This document shows, in pieces, positions 1 through 11,170 of a stretch of 64,000 nt of DNA. A program made the position numbers and the translations under genes. Position 1 is the stretch's first letter. Each line of letters starts with the position of its first letter. The stretch spans positions 186,001-250,000 of IMG/VR virus record IMGVR_UViG_3300036766_002289; one strand, 5' to 3'. The notes below the pieces were generated by a model. It made no database searches and had not been told where the DNA came from. It saw nothing but the letters and a program-made list of their open reading frames with translations.

Positions 1-164
1 TGCATTTTCTTGCTGTCTGGACGGCAAACAATTTCAATGATTATTGCAGTCGTGGCAAACATAAGCAACTTGAGAACCCACCTTTTGAGGATGCAGTATT
101 CTTAGCTGCTCAAACTTGGGACAAGTTTCAAGAATTTTGTATCAATAGAACAAGGAATGAGTAA

Positions 165-419
165 ATGGCTGGATATCATCTGAATGACATTCCCCGTGGC
201 GAATACGGTGAGCTTTCTAAGGTAATTGAAGAAGCTTTAGAGCTAAAAGACGCTATGGAACAAGGGCAGAAATTGATGTGTCTTATTGAGCTTGCCGATA
301 TACTCGGGGCCATCGAAGGATATTTAGAAAAATATTATGAAGGCAAGATTACTGTTGATGATCTTTTTAACATGTCCTATGCTACCAAAAGAGCTTTTGA
401 GTCAGGATATAGAAAATGA
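165..419 (+). CDS. MazG-like/all-alpha NTP pyrophosphohydrolase
   Basis: KVIEEALEL...IELADIL (EExxE...ExxD) motif in an 84-aa helical protein. Confidence 0.6.
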   Translation: MAGYHLNDIPRGEYGELSKVIEEALELKDAMEQGQKLMCLIELADILGAIEGYLEKYYEGKITVDDLFNMSYATKRAFESGYRK

Positions 420-1309
420 GTATTGAAGATAAGAAACGTGGAGCATTCTGGGGCTTAATTATCGGGGACGCTCTTGGGGCACCCGTAGAATTTAAAATGC
501 CTGGTGAATTTGTTCCAGTAACAGATTACCAGAGTGGTGGCCCACATAGCCTTAATAAGGGCGAATGGACTGATGATACAAGTCTTGCTCTTGCTCTTGC
601 TGATAGTCTGGCCAATGGCTGGAATACTAAAGACCAACTTGACAAGTATTGTAGCTGGTATGAAGAAGGCAAGTACTCCGTCAATGGTTGGTGTTTTGAT
701 ATCGGTGGCACTACAAAACATGCCTTGGAAAACTATAGGGACAGTGGTAATCCAGAAACTTGTGGGCTAGCCGATGATGATTATTCAGGGAATGGTTCGA
801 TTATGAGATTGGCACCAGTGCCAATTAAATATTCAGAATTGTTTTTTGATCTAGATGAACTCATCAGATTAGCAGAAGAATCTAGTGCTACAACTCATGC
901 AAGTAAGAAATGTAGAGATTGTTGTGCATACCTAGCCACATTAATAGCTGGATTAATCAATGGAATTGATAGGGAAATCTTACTGAATGACCCTTATTAT
1001 ATTCCACCAAAAGTATGTACAGCCGTAAGACTAGTCGCAGAAGGTAGTTACCGCAAAAACAAGGTCAAAGGCAGTGGTTATGTAGTAGAAAGCTTGGAAG
1101 CTGCTTTATGGGCTTTTCACAAAGCTGAGAATTTCAGGAAAGCTGTCTTGGCTGCGGTTAATCTAGGAGATGATGCGGACACTACGGCGGCGGTCTGTGG
1201 GCAGTTGGCTGGGGCTTATTGGGGGTTTGAAGCTATTCCAGAGGAATGGCGTATTAATTTAGCTAAAAATGATTTAATAGAAGGCTATTTTAATGCCCTG
1301 ATAAAATAA
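416..1309 (+). CDS. ADP-ribosylglycohydrolase (DraG/ARH family)
   Basis: GDALGAPVEF, WTDDT, GNGSIMRLAP, TTH, NLGDDADTTAAVCGQLAGA motifs. Confidence 0.95.
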   Translation: MSIEDKKRGAFWGLIIGDALGAPVEFKMPGEFVPVTDYQSGGPHSLNKGEWTDDTSLALALADSLANGWNTKDQLDKYCSWYEEGKYSVNGWCFDIGGTTKHALENYRDSGNPETCGLADDDYSGNGSIMRLAPVPIKYSELFFDLDELIRLAEESSATTHASKKCRDCCAYLATLIAGLINGIDREILLNDPYYIPPKVCTAVRLVAEGSYRKNKVKGSGYVVESLEAALWAFHKAENFRKAVLAAVNLGDDADTTAAVCGQLAGAYWGFEAIPEEWRINLAKNDLIEGYFNALIK

Positions 1310-2393
1310 ATAAACACATGAAAACAAAGGATTATTATTGGTGTTTAACTGTAAAAAATGGAACTAATCTTGACTTTATCTTTGCAGAAACCGTCAAAGA
1401 AAACAATATAGTCGCAGCATGTATGACAAAGGATACTAAGGCTTCTATTTGGACAGAGGGCAAGACAGAAACAGAGGCGGTGGCAAGTTTAAAGGTCAAA
1501 TTAGAAGAAAAATTTGGTAAAATCCAGAGATGGAATGATATAATGTTCGAAGTATCCATCTTTGATAAGGATGGGAAGCACAAAGATATCGCACCTGGGC
1601 CTATATGGTGGACAGGCAGGAATGGTTATAGTCCTCAAGATGGAAGAAGGTTAACTCATGACTGATGAACAAGTTAAAAAAGAATTAGAGAAATTATTTT
1701 CGGAATGGAACATACTGCCTACACTGGAAAAGCTATATCAAGGGTTTGAGAAATATCAAGGTTGTTTTCATGATGTAGAATCACGCAGCGAGACAGTTTA
1801 TCCTTGGCCTTTTTCACCCAAAGGAGACGAAATGGAAAGCATTAAGAAACTTTTAGTAGGTAAAACTATTGCTAGTGTTGACTTTAGCAATTACAAAGCA
1901 ACTTCTGATACAATGGTTTTGAAATTCACAGACGGCACTAATATAAAGATTGTATCGGACCCCAATTGCACATTTGATGGTCTATCCTTCTACGTTCAAA
2001 AGAAGCGAACCATTGAACAAGAGTATGATGAGGAAATCAAGTGATTGAAGACCAAGTTGGCAAGACGCATGGCTCGAAAAATTATATTCAATTCCAAGTT
2101 ACTGGATATAATCCATTAACCAAAGAGTTGCATGTCTACATTGAGCATATAGGTGATCCACATTGGCACCGCTATATCGACGAAGGTAAGAACTACATAT
2201 TATTTCGGCACGGCAATAGTGACGATGATTTTTCTAATGAAGACCCGATGGAATTATGGGAGTTATCTACAGATCAGAAAAAATGGGTGGAAGGCGACCA
2301 TATCGCCATCCCAGAATATGATCTCGTTCTACCGCAAATTTTAATTTATTACTGGCATAAAGACGATAGACTAAGCATGGAATGGGACTGGTA

Positions 2394-2984
2394 ATGATTG
2401 ACTACTCTAAAATAGCTTCTGCCGTAACCTATTACGAAGCCAAAGGTTACAAACAAATTGAAGTGCCTTGGATTGTATCTTTAGATACTATGCTGGCAAC
2501 TAGACCAAAAGGCGCTCGTTTGTTCAGTACTTTTGCTGGGGAATTAGTTGCATCTGGGGAACAGTCATTTATTGAAATCAGAGATAGTCTAAAGCCAGGT
2601 AAGTATCAGTGTGTGACACCATGTTTTCGTGATGAGCCAGTTAAAGATGAATTGCACCGTCAGTATTTCATTAAAAATGAGCTTATATGGGTGTTAAATA
2701 GCTATGAATTTAGCCAGCCGCATCTTGAATCAGTGATACAAGATGCACTAAATTTCTTTAAACAATATGGAACCGCTGAAGTCGTAGATGCTCCGATTTT
2801 TAATGCTCACTACAACAAAGATATCGAACTCAACGGCATAGAAGTTGGCTCTTATGGTTTCAGGATTCATGAAGGTTTCCATTGGATTTACGGCACAGGT
2901 TGTGCAGAGCCTAGACTAACTATGGCTATGGATTTACTGAACATTCTTGCGAATAGTAATTCAACTCGACTACCCCTTCTTTAA
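2394..2984 (+). CDS. Stand-alone class II aminoacyl-tRNA-synthetase-like catalytic domain
   Basis: Motif 1 (GYKQIEVPWI), motif 2 (PCFRDE...HRQYFIKNEL), NGIEVGS, motif 3 (GTGCAEPRL); no anticodon-binding domain; start placed at the ATG overlapping the upstream stop. Confidence 0.75.
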   Translation: MIDYSKIASAVTYYEAKGYKQIEVPWIVSLDTMLATRPKGARLFSTFAGELVASGEQSFIEIRDSLKPGKYQCVTPCFRDEPVKDELHRQYFIKNELIWVLNSYEFSQPHLESVIQDALNFFKQYGTAEVVDAPIFNAHYNKDIELNGIEVGSYGFRIHEGFHWIYGTGCAEPRLTMAMDLLNILANSNSTRLPLL

Positions 2985-3621
2985 CCGTTAAGTAAGAACA
3001 AGGCAGTTCTGTCCACGACCCACTATTAAAGTATTTTTCCTGTTTTAGGGCTAAATGGGTATGTCCTGCAATTGCAATGTCACATTCCCATTTTATAGCA
3101 TATAATACAGATTCCTTTGCCACCGTATCAGAACAATGGAGGTAACTCTTACTACTATATTTGGCTAATTTGGCTATATGATGGCTTCTGTCAATCCTTT
3201 GTAAAAACCAATATATCCAATCAGATATCCATGTCAAGAATGGATGGTCACTTAAAAAAGTATCGAATATATCTCCGTGTAATACAATCACTTTCTTTTC
3301 ACCAGTTTCGAAGATGTGGTGAATTGGTTGAAATTCTGCACCTAACAAGTAGGAGACAGTTTTGGCCTCATGGAAGTCGTCATGGTTGCCTTTGACCCAT
3401 ACCACTTCTATGTCGTTAGATAAGGCCCTGATTGCTCCTAGAACTTTCCATTCTTCTTTACGGAGTCGAACATTGAAGGAATCAAATAAGTCGCCAGCAA
3501 TGATTAGCTTCTTTGTTTGATGAGTATTGCATTTGACTTCTCCGAGAAATTTTAGTAACATCTGACTTTGGCAGTTATGCGCCCCTAAATGTACATCTGA
3601 AATTATGGTTGCATCAAACAT
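2926..3621 (-). CDS. Calcineurin-like metallophosphoesterase, LpxH (UDP-2,3-diacylglucosamine hydrolase)-like
   Basis: SDVHLG, GDLFD, GNHD, HGD, GHTH, NSGSW motifs; likely start MFDATIISD at 3621. Confidence 0.85.
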   Translation of the reverse strand: MFDATIISDVHLGAHNCQSQMLLKFLGEVKCNTHQTKKLIIAGDLFDSFNVRLRKEEWKVLGAIRALSNDIEVVWVKGNHDDFHEAKTVSYLLGAEFQPIHHIFETGEKKVIVLHGDIFDTFLSDHPFLTWISDWIYWFLQRIDRSHHIAKLAKYSSKSYLHCSDTVAKESVLYAIKWECDIAIAGHTHLALKQEKYFNSGSWTELPCSYLTVKEGVVELNYYSQECSVNP

Positions 3622-4490
3622 TAATGTAACTATTCGTAATAAGGAGTAGTTTATTGTGAAGATTGCAAGAAAAAACAAATCCCATCCTACTAAAAAGGTA
3701 ATAATAAAAACCGCAAACATAGACAAGGAAATGATTTCCGTAGTTAAGTGGCTTAATAAATTTGAAGGTGTTGTAACCAAATATTGTTGTCAGGGTGGAC
3801 ACAAGTTCCCAACGGCAGAAGACCCTAATTATGTAGATCGCCCTTATGTCGTATTTTCCTGTGACCATTCTTTGGACCTACTTAAGATTGTGGAAAAGGT
3901 TGGATATACGGGGGAAGTGACAATCAGACCGCCATTAGACATAAGACTCATGGATTACTGCATAACATTCTCCAACAAAGAAAATTTGAAAATGTTCATA
4001 AAGGGGATTAAACATGACATTTAGTGAATTATCACCTGAGACAGTTTTCTTACTTGTGCCAGATGATGGCAAAAAATATATTAAGACCGCTGCTCCAAAT
4101 ATTACTGGACAGGCTTGGAATGCCATAGACTATTATGCTGATATTTATTTCAATTTTCCAGCAAATCAACAAATTGAAGTTCTGAACAATTCCAAGCGAA
4201 TTCCTCTTAAAGGGTTATGATATGGGTGGCCGTTGCAGGTATCCGTGCAATAAAATAAAACATACAGATATATTTATGGCCAAATTACATCTGGATTTTT
4301 TGCTCAACAAAAATCCAGATCATAAAATGGCAATCTACATCTGTGAAGAATGTGGTGCCAAAGATGGGGTTGAAGTATGGCACGTTGGCCATATAAGAAA
4401 AAATGGTACTGTATACGCAAAAACTCCAGATGGTAAAAGAATGTTGAAAAAAGTTATGATCGACCACGAAAATATGTCGAGCTATCTGTT

Positions 4491-4952
4491 ATGAATATAA
4501 CTCAGATTAGGATGGTTTTAAGAAAAATAGCCAAATGTTATGGTGCAAGGTATAAAATGTTAGAGCAAAAAGGCTGGGACTCTGCTGGTGGCTATCACAC
4601 TCACAAAAATTTAATACTTATAAACAAAAAATATTTATCTCATCCATCAATAATAATATCAACTATATTCCATGAATTAGGGCATCGTTACTGTATTTTA
4701 AATAACAAATTCGCAGTGTATCATAAACGACCTAAAAAGATATCCTTTAATCACTTAAAGAAAATAGCTGCAATTGCACTTAGAGCAGAATTGTATGTTG
4801 ACAAATGGGGCGAAAAAGAATTTAATAAATGGTTAGCTGAAAGCGGGCACGTCAATGACCTTTACTATTGTCGGTCTTATCAGTCAGTAATCGACAGAGA
4901 TTGGCTTAAAAATTTTTATCAACAACAATTAAATAAATTCATTAATATATAA
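4491..4952 (+). CDS. Putative zincin-like metallopeptidase
   Basis: IFHELGH (HExxH) motif with downstream E. Confidence 0.5.
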   Translation: MNITQIRMVLRKIAKCYGARYKMLEQKGWDSAGGYHTHKNLILINKKYLSHPSIIISTIFHELGHRYCILNNKFAVYHKRPKKISFNHLKKIAAIALRAELYVDKWGEKEFNKWLAESGHVNDLYYCRSYQSVIDRDWLKNFYQQQLNKFINI

Positions 4953-5556
4953 CTTCATGTTGGAACAAGGTGAGATTTTTGTAGTTTTCTTTCATGATGC
5001 TGGTATTCGAAGTAACAATTATCTGCACTTCATTCAAGACTGTTTTACTAATGTCCTTATTACAGGCGTTAGCGTTAAATTTGATGGACCAGTAGATACA
5101 ATTCTGTTTTTAACCGTTTCACTCGCAGGCACTACTTTACTTGAAGCAAAAGTCACTGCGTTTGGTGGGACTGTAATGATTGCTTAATAATTCTTTGGTT
5201 ATATCTAAATAGTTCGGAGGATAAGTTTGCCGAATTGTGAAGAACCTATCTTAGATTTTAGACATTTAGAAGAAGAAGACGTGGAAAATCTCATACATAT
5301 TGTTAGCAGAATTTGTGAGGACTTATTAGATAAAAACATTACCATTGTAATAAAAGTAGGCACGTATGAATACTAGTTTGTGCAATTGTTGCAAAGGATA
5401 TCTAGAAGAAGACTGTATTACCTGTGACTGTGGCTTATATTGGTGTTCGCCGCGTTGTGCTAGAAATGAAGGATATAAACGAACCAAGAAAAAGTCTTCC
5501 TGCAACCACTGTAGACATGTTAATATAAACGACCATTTTCTTTTTGAGAAGAAAAA

Positions 5557-6528
5557 ATGAAAGAAATACATGTGTTAGGCTGGTATGATACCCCTACTAG
5601 CGAGACCTTGAAATGCAATATAGGCGACGAAGCCTATAAACTCGCATTCCCAAAACTCTTCCCTAATAATCAGTTCATTTTTTGCGACACCCTTAAAGAC
5701 CTTGACCCCGAAATTGTGATTCTGGGTGGTGGTGATGTTCTCTACCCATCCTTCATTAATAAGATTAAAGCAAGTAAAGCTAGGAAAAAATACGCTTTTT
5801 CAATTAATGTAACTCCTGACATAGAACCAATATTCGACCGAGTAATTTCTAGAAACCGATTAAACAATTTCGAATATCTCCCAGACTTTGTATTTGCGCT
5901 AGAAGGTAATAAAGATCACGGTAAGGCCATTATCAAAAGACTATTTGACCAGAATAGATGTGAATTATATGAAAATGTTGTCATATTGGTAATGAATAGT
6001 TTTCTATGCACAAGAGAAAACACTTTAGCAAGAGATAAAGTTAATTTTGAAAAGGTATGTTTCGAATTAGCCTTAATTATGGATACAACACCCGCTAGTT
6101 TTATTTTACTACCTTTCGGTAATGGATTCCCACATAACGATAAAGTAACAAATGCTTGTGTCTACTCTAAATGCAAACACTGGAAAAAGAACTTATTAGT
6201 GTTTGATTCACTGAGCGTTCAAGAAACATTAGACGTATTTGCGGGTGCAGATGCCTCTATAAATACCAGATTGCACTCCAATATATTCAGTTGTATATCG
6301 GGCATCCCTTTCATTGATATAGGGCATCATGACAAAACCAGGATGTTCATGGAGTCTGTCAATAAACTTAAATGGAGATTTAATTATTGGCATTTCCCAT
6401 TTGGAGAAATAAAAAATCTACTAAATGCCTTCCTTAGTAATAAAGAACTCTATAAAAATGAATCTGCACAAATAAACATCAATAACAAGAAACTTCTAGG
6501 ACAATTAAGCGTGAATTTTGATATATAA
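5557..6528 (+). CDS. Polysaccharide pyruvyl transferase family protein
   Basis: NIGDEA, ILGGGD, PDFVF, TRLHSNI...GIPFI motifs. Confidence 0.8.
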   Translation: MKEIHVLGWYDTPTSETLKCNIGDEAYKLAFPKLFPNNQFIFCDTLKDLDPEIVILGGGDVLYPSFINKIKASKARKKYAFSINVTPDIEPIFDRVISRNRLNNFEYLPDFVFALEGNKDHGKAIIKRLFDQNRCELYENVVILVMNSFLCTRENTLARDKVNFEKVCFELALIMDTTPASFILLPFGNGFPHNDKVTNACVYSKCKHWKKNLLVFDSLSVQETLDVFAGADASINTRLHSNIFSCISGIPFIDIGHHDKTRMFMESVNKLKWRFNYWHFPFGEIKNLLNAFLSNKELYKNESAQININNKKLLGQLSVNFDI

Positions 6529-6531
6529 TTC

Positions 6532-7164
6532 ATGCGATTCAGCGACTGGTTATTAAAAGAAGAAGCACCACAGGTAACAACCGTAAAAGGCACTCCTGAT
6601 AATTTCTACTTGGTTTTCAATAATGGCCAACAAAGTGGCAAAGTCAATAACATCGTGGCCGTTCCTGGTAATCCAGGTATGTATCAAATTAAAAGCCAAG
6701 ATCAAATGAATCCCTATTCAGTCAGCATGAGTCCACAAATTGGTCAAAAATTAATCAGCTTTTCATGGAAACAACAGCCAAAACCCAATATGCAAAAAAT
6801 ATTGGCTTGGCCTACTCCCACTATCCCACAACCACCTCCATATTGGACCCCAGAAATGATGGAAATGAACCATGACAATGCTGGTAAGTACATATCCAAT
6901 AAGCTTTTACAACAAGGAATGGAAGCAAAGAAAGCTGGGATTATAGGAAATAAGATATCTGAATTTATATTTTACTATAGTCCATATCCACCTAGAGTTA
7001 AGAACAGGGTATTAATGAACTTAGGCAATAAGTATCCTGATGCGGATACAATGGAGTTGATTAAGGTTGCGGATGAACATGCAAAGCAGGCTGAGCCTTA
7101 CTTTAGGATGTTAAAGGCAAAGGGCTACGTTTCTGCTTTACAAAGTCCCAAACCAGTAGTATAA
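6532..7164 (+). CDS. Hypothetical protein, candidate head-internal virion protein
   Basis: N-terminus MRFSDWLLKE; ATATATA 4 nt upstream of ATG. Confidence 0.4.
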   Translation: MRFSDWLLKEEAPQVTTVKGTPDNFYLVFNNGQQSGKVNNIVAVPGNPGMYQIKSQDQMNPYSVSMSPQIGQKLISFSWKQQPKPNMQKILAWPTPTIPQPPPYWTPEMMEMNHDNAGKYISNKLLQQGMEAKKAGIIGNKISEFIFYYSPYPPRVKNRVLMNLGNKYPDADTMELIKVADEHAKQAEPYFRMLKAKGYVSALQSPKPVV

Positions 7165-7818
7165 TATTTGGATGATAATCTACAGCGAAGATGGCGACAT
7201 TTGGGAAGCCATGATTTGGATTGAGCGTGAAGTTTATATTGGTATGGGTCAATCCAAAGAAAAAGCTAAAATTGCTTTACTTGAGCATCTTAAAGGTATC
7301 AGGCCAATTTATTTGGAACAAATTAGAAATGCTCAAGAAATTATTGGCAAAATTGAGGAACTTATTCATGAATCAGTGTGATCTTTGTGACAAGCCTACG
7401 CCTATAAGCTCCTATTTCTGTGATGAATGTGGTAAGATTTGCCGAAGAAGTAAAAATAAGGCTCAGCCTGACGTATATTGTGGCAAGCCTGCTGCTTGGG
7501 GTAGTTGTGGATTCTGTCAAGAACACTGGCAGGAGGAATGTAACGAAATTGACACTGTGATGGAGTTTGCTGATGATGCATTCCATGCAGGAGAGTTTGA
7601 TAAGGTTAATAACCGTTTAAAGGAACTTAATGTGCCTAACTTGAGTTCCCAGATGTGTGTGACATGGCTCACTGTGAGTAAGTGGGCAGAAAAAAACCTT
7701 CCATATAGGCCAGAATTCTTCAAGAAGTGTTATGACAGATTAGTAGAAATTCGTGGCGTTGAAGCAGCTAATAAGTTGACAAAGTATCGTGGCGTGGATG
7801 AAGAAATTCAAAAAATGC

Positions 7819-8045
7819 TTAAGGGAATAGAATGAAAACACCGTGGGCCGAACACTATAGACATTGTGAGCAATGTAATCAGGCAACAGAAGTCCGACTT
7901 GCCGAAGCAAAAGATATTTATGATCCAGTTGGCGGTGCAAAGATGTTAAGAAACTGTTGTCCAGAAGGACGAAGGTTATGTATAGAGTCTAGTGAAAAAA
8001 GTACTCCACCTGACAGTATCACAATATATTAAGGGAATAGAATGA
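7819..8045 (+). repeat. 17-bp direct repeat TTAAGGGAATAGAATGA (7819-7835, 8029-8045) flanking ORF 7832-8032
   Basis: Exact match read from sequence; covers RBS and ATG. Confidence 0.85.
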
Positions 8046-8181
8046 GACTTCTTGGGCATTTATTCATGTGGAGTCTTGCTGCATTGCATCTGTTTATAGC
8101 AGAATGTGAACGGCAAAAAGAAAGAACCGCATTGGCGGTTATAATGCTTACTATATTCACCTTGTCTATGCTATTATTCTA

Positions 8182-9044
8182 AGGAAACTTGTGATTAATT
8201 ATAATGTAGATGATGTTAAGTGGTTGTTAAATAAGATTTTATATCTTGAAGAACAAAAGAATGCCCACCCATCTAATTGGCCAACCCACAGAAGAATCTG
8301 GCTGGGTTGTTATGATGTTTGGATGTGTGAACAAGACAGAATTGATGCTGTTGAAATTCCAAAGATGCGAATGAAAGAAGCGGAAGAAGCTGGGTTCATT
8401 AAGAATGAAATAAGGAAAATAGGAAAATTTGATTCCGTGGTTTGGACGGTGACAGAACTCGGCCACGATTTTTTGAAAGAGGAAACTTGTGATGGTTGAA
8501 AGTCGTGTTAAAACAGAATTTAAGGTAAGAAAACTTGAATTCAATATGGGTTTAAATGACCCCGTTGACATGCGTTGTGGTGGACCTGCATCCTTGGCTT
8601 TTTGGGTGTATTCCTCATTATCAGAAGAACATTTGCAATGTATTGCAGAAGACACCGAAGTTCAAAAAATAGTAAGGCAGCATGGTGGTGATGGAAGTTT
8701 TAATATAGCTAACTCAGTTTGGACTGAAAAATTTTGCCATACAGAAAACGAAGTTAAAGAAAACTTATTTAAACTCGCAAAACAATTCTAAAAGGAAAGT
8801 TTGTGATGGAATGTAAATTAGAATGGAAGAAAAATTTCTATCCAGAATCTGTGATGAAGTCTTTGAGCTATGGCTGTTATAACGAAGCATGTTTTGAATG
8901 TGCATCAGTAGATGGTGTCGAAGGTCGTTACGTCAATGAGGGAGTGTGTCCTATACACGGCATTGTGTGTTCTATGTTAGGCGGTGTGTGGGACACAAAT
9001 AGACCCGCACATCCCTGTGGAGCCTATAAAGAAAGTTTGTGATG
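8182..9044 (+). repeat. Junction direct repeats AGGAAACTTGTGAT (8182-8195, 8480-8493) and GAAAGTTTGTGATG (8795-8808, 9031-9044)
   Basis: Two exact 14-bp pairs, each flanking one ORF; the two pairs resemble each other. Confidence 0.8.
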
Positions 9045-9061
9045 AATGTCAAAGGTAATCT

Positions 9062-9823
9062 ATGGACAGAAAACAATACAATAAGGAATATAGAGAAAAA
9101 AGAATAAATCAAGGGCTCTGTGTCGGTTGCGGCTTCCCTAATAATGGAAAAAATCTATGCCAGGAATGTTTGGACAAAGCAACGGCTAAAAGAAAAGAAA
9201 ATATTTTAAAAAGGTTATGTGGATGTGGCAAGCCTAGAAGAGATGGATATCAATCATGTGAAATTTGCTCAAATAAATATAACAAAAATGAATACAACAA
9301 AAATAAAAGATTAATATCTTTGCAAAGGAAAAGTAAAAGAAATAAAAATAAAGAAAAAGGACTATGTGTTTTTTGCACTAAGCCTGCATTGCCCGATAAG
9401 ACCACATGCGAATATCATTTGCAAAAAAGAACAAACTTTAGAAAGCATTGTAGGGAAAAAGGAATTTGTCCTCAATGTGGAGAATTGAAGTCTAATCCAA
9501 AAAATACTTATTGTGATGAACACCAATCTCATTGGAAAATTCGCAAACATGCTGAGGGACTTCGAATCAAAAAAGAAGTAATAAATTATTACAATGAACT
9601 ATCTCAATGTGTATGTTGTGGGGAATCAAATTTGGTCTTTTTGACAATCGACCATATGGACAACAATGGTGCCGAACACCGAAAAAAAATTAATCGTTTT
9701 GGCGAAGGATTTTACAGATGGCTTATAAGCAATAATTTCCCAAATGGTTATCAAGTCTTATGTTTCAATTGTAATTGTGGTAGAAAGATTAATGGTGGTA
9801 TATGTCCTCACAAAATATTTTAG
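9062..9823 (+). CDS. HNH-type homing endonuclease with multiple Cys zinc-binding repeats
   Basis: Repeated CxxC...CxxC/H units; C-terminal CVCCGE...LTIDH...QVLCFNCN. Confidence 0.8.
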   Translation: MDRKQYNKEYREKRINQGLCVGCGFPNNGKNLCQECLDKATAKRKENILKRLCGCGKPRRDGYQSCEICSNKYNKNEYNKNKRLISLQRKSKRNKNKEKGLCVFCTKPALPDKTTCEYHLQKRTNFRKHCREKGICPQCGELKSNPKNTYCDEHQSHWKIRKHAEGLRIKKEVINYYNELSQCVCCGESNLVFLTIDHMDNNGAEHRKKINRFGEGFYRWLISNNFPNGYQVLCFNCNCGRKINGGICPHKIF

Positions 9824-10530
9824 AAAAACTCATTGATTTCCCCAGGATTTTCCATCTCCCGCATAAGCCTAATGCACAAAGAAGCGACCTTATTGCATCA
9901 CAAGAAGATGTGAAGGTTATTTTCGATAACGAAGAAACCATCGTTGAAGAAAAGCTTGACGCTGCAAACTCAGGAATACTTTTTAGTGAAGAAGGTAATT
10001 TTTCAATTCGAAATAGAAATAATATTCTAAATAAAGGCAAAACTGGCCATCTGCGAGGCCCTGCTAAAATGCAATTTGCTCCAATTTATAATTGGGCTTA
10101 CGAAAATAGAGATAAGTTTGAAACGCTTAATAATAATTTAGGATTTGAAGTAAGTGTATTTGGGGAATGGATGGTGGCACTTCATGGGGTTAAGTATGAC
10201 AAACTACCATCTTGGTTCATTCCTTATGAATTATATGATTGGGAACATAAGAAATTTATTTCTCACAAAATTGTTAGAAAATCTTTGCAGGAAGCAGGTT
10301 TTGTGACAGTGCCGTTATTGCATGAAGGACGATTGCCTAATTGGGAGATTTTTGATAAGTTTTGTGCAGAAAAGAGTCCCTATTCAACAACAGATTTAAG
10401 GGAAGGTGTGGTTGTGAAGGTGTCAGATGAGAAATATTTGACTCACAGATTCAAGATGGTTCGTAGGGGTTTTATACAGGGTTGCCACTGGAATGAACGT
10501 GCATTAACTAAGAATAAACTTTGTGATTGA
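9802..10530 (+). CDS. ATP-dependent RNA ligase family protein
   Basis: FPRIFHLP, motif I EEKLDAAN, FGEW, EGVVVK, RFKMVR. Confidence 0.8.
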   Translation: MSSQNILEKLIDFPRIFHLPHKPNAQRSDLIASQEDVKVIFDNEETIVEEKLDAANSGILFSEEGNFSIRNRNNILNKGKTGHLRGPAKMQFAPIYNWAYENRDKFETLNNNLGFEVSVFGEWMVALHGVKYDKLPSWFIPYELYDWEHKKFISHKIVRKSLQEAGFVTVPLLHEGRLPNWEIFDKFCAEKSPYSTTDLREGVVVKVSDEKYLTHRFKMVRRGFIQGCHWNERALTKNKLCD

Positions 10531-11170
10531 CATTATTTCACTTATTGACTCTGGTAAAATCCACCTTGGTATGACTAAGGCGGATTTACGTATTTTATTA
10601 GGCCCGCCGCATTGCTGGGGCAGTACTTCGCGTAAATACAGAGAGCCTTGTATATGGAAGTATGATAATGTAGAATTTTGGTGGCTTACTAAGAAATATA
10701 GAGTGCCTTATCCAGGGCCACCGCTAACTGGTGTGATGAGCGACACTGAAAGTCATGACAGCGAACATAAACTGCTATTAGGAGGCTGATATGGGCATTA
10801 GTTGTGCGGGTCGTAATTCTGATGCGCGATATGATGAGCAAAAAGGTTTTAAGGGCGGTTATATACCGCCACCCAGTTCCAACCCAGAAAATTATGAAAT
10901 TTTGAGAAGTCTACAGATGGGCAAATATCTGATTGTGGAGATTAAGTATCCTGACTGCAAGAATTACGAAGGGAAAAAGATAATGGTCTATGAGGGAGAT
11001 ATTAAACAGTTGGTATCGCAAAAGAAAATTGACCCACATTTTTCTGATAATTGTGCTTTTAAGTCACCAATAGGACGCTTTGAACCGACAAATCGAGGGT
11101 GGAATATGGCCAAAACATTTTGTGCTGGGATGGCTGGTCAGACTATCAATTGGACTGCGGAAGATTTCAA

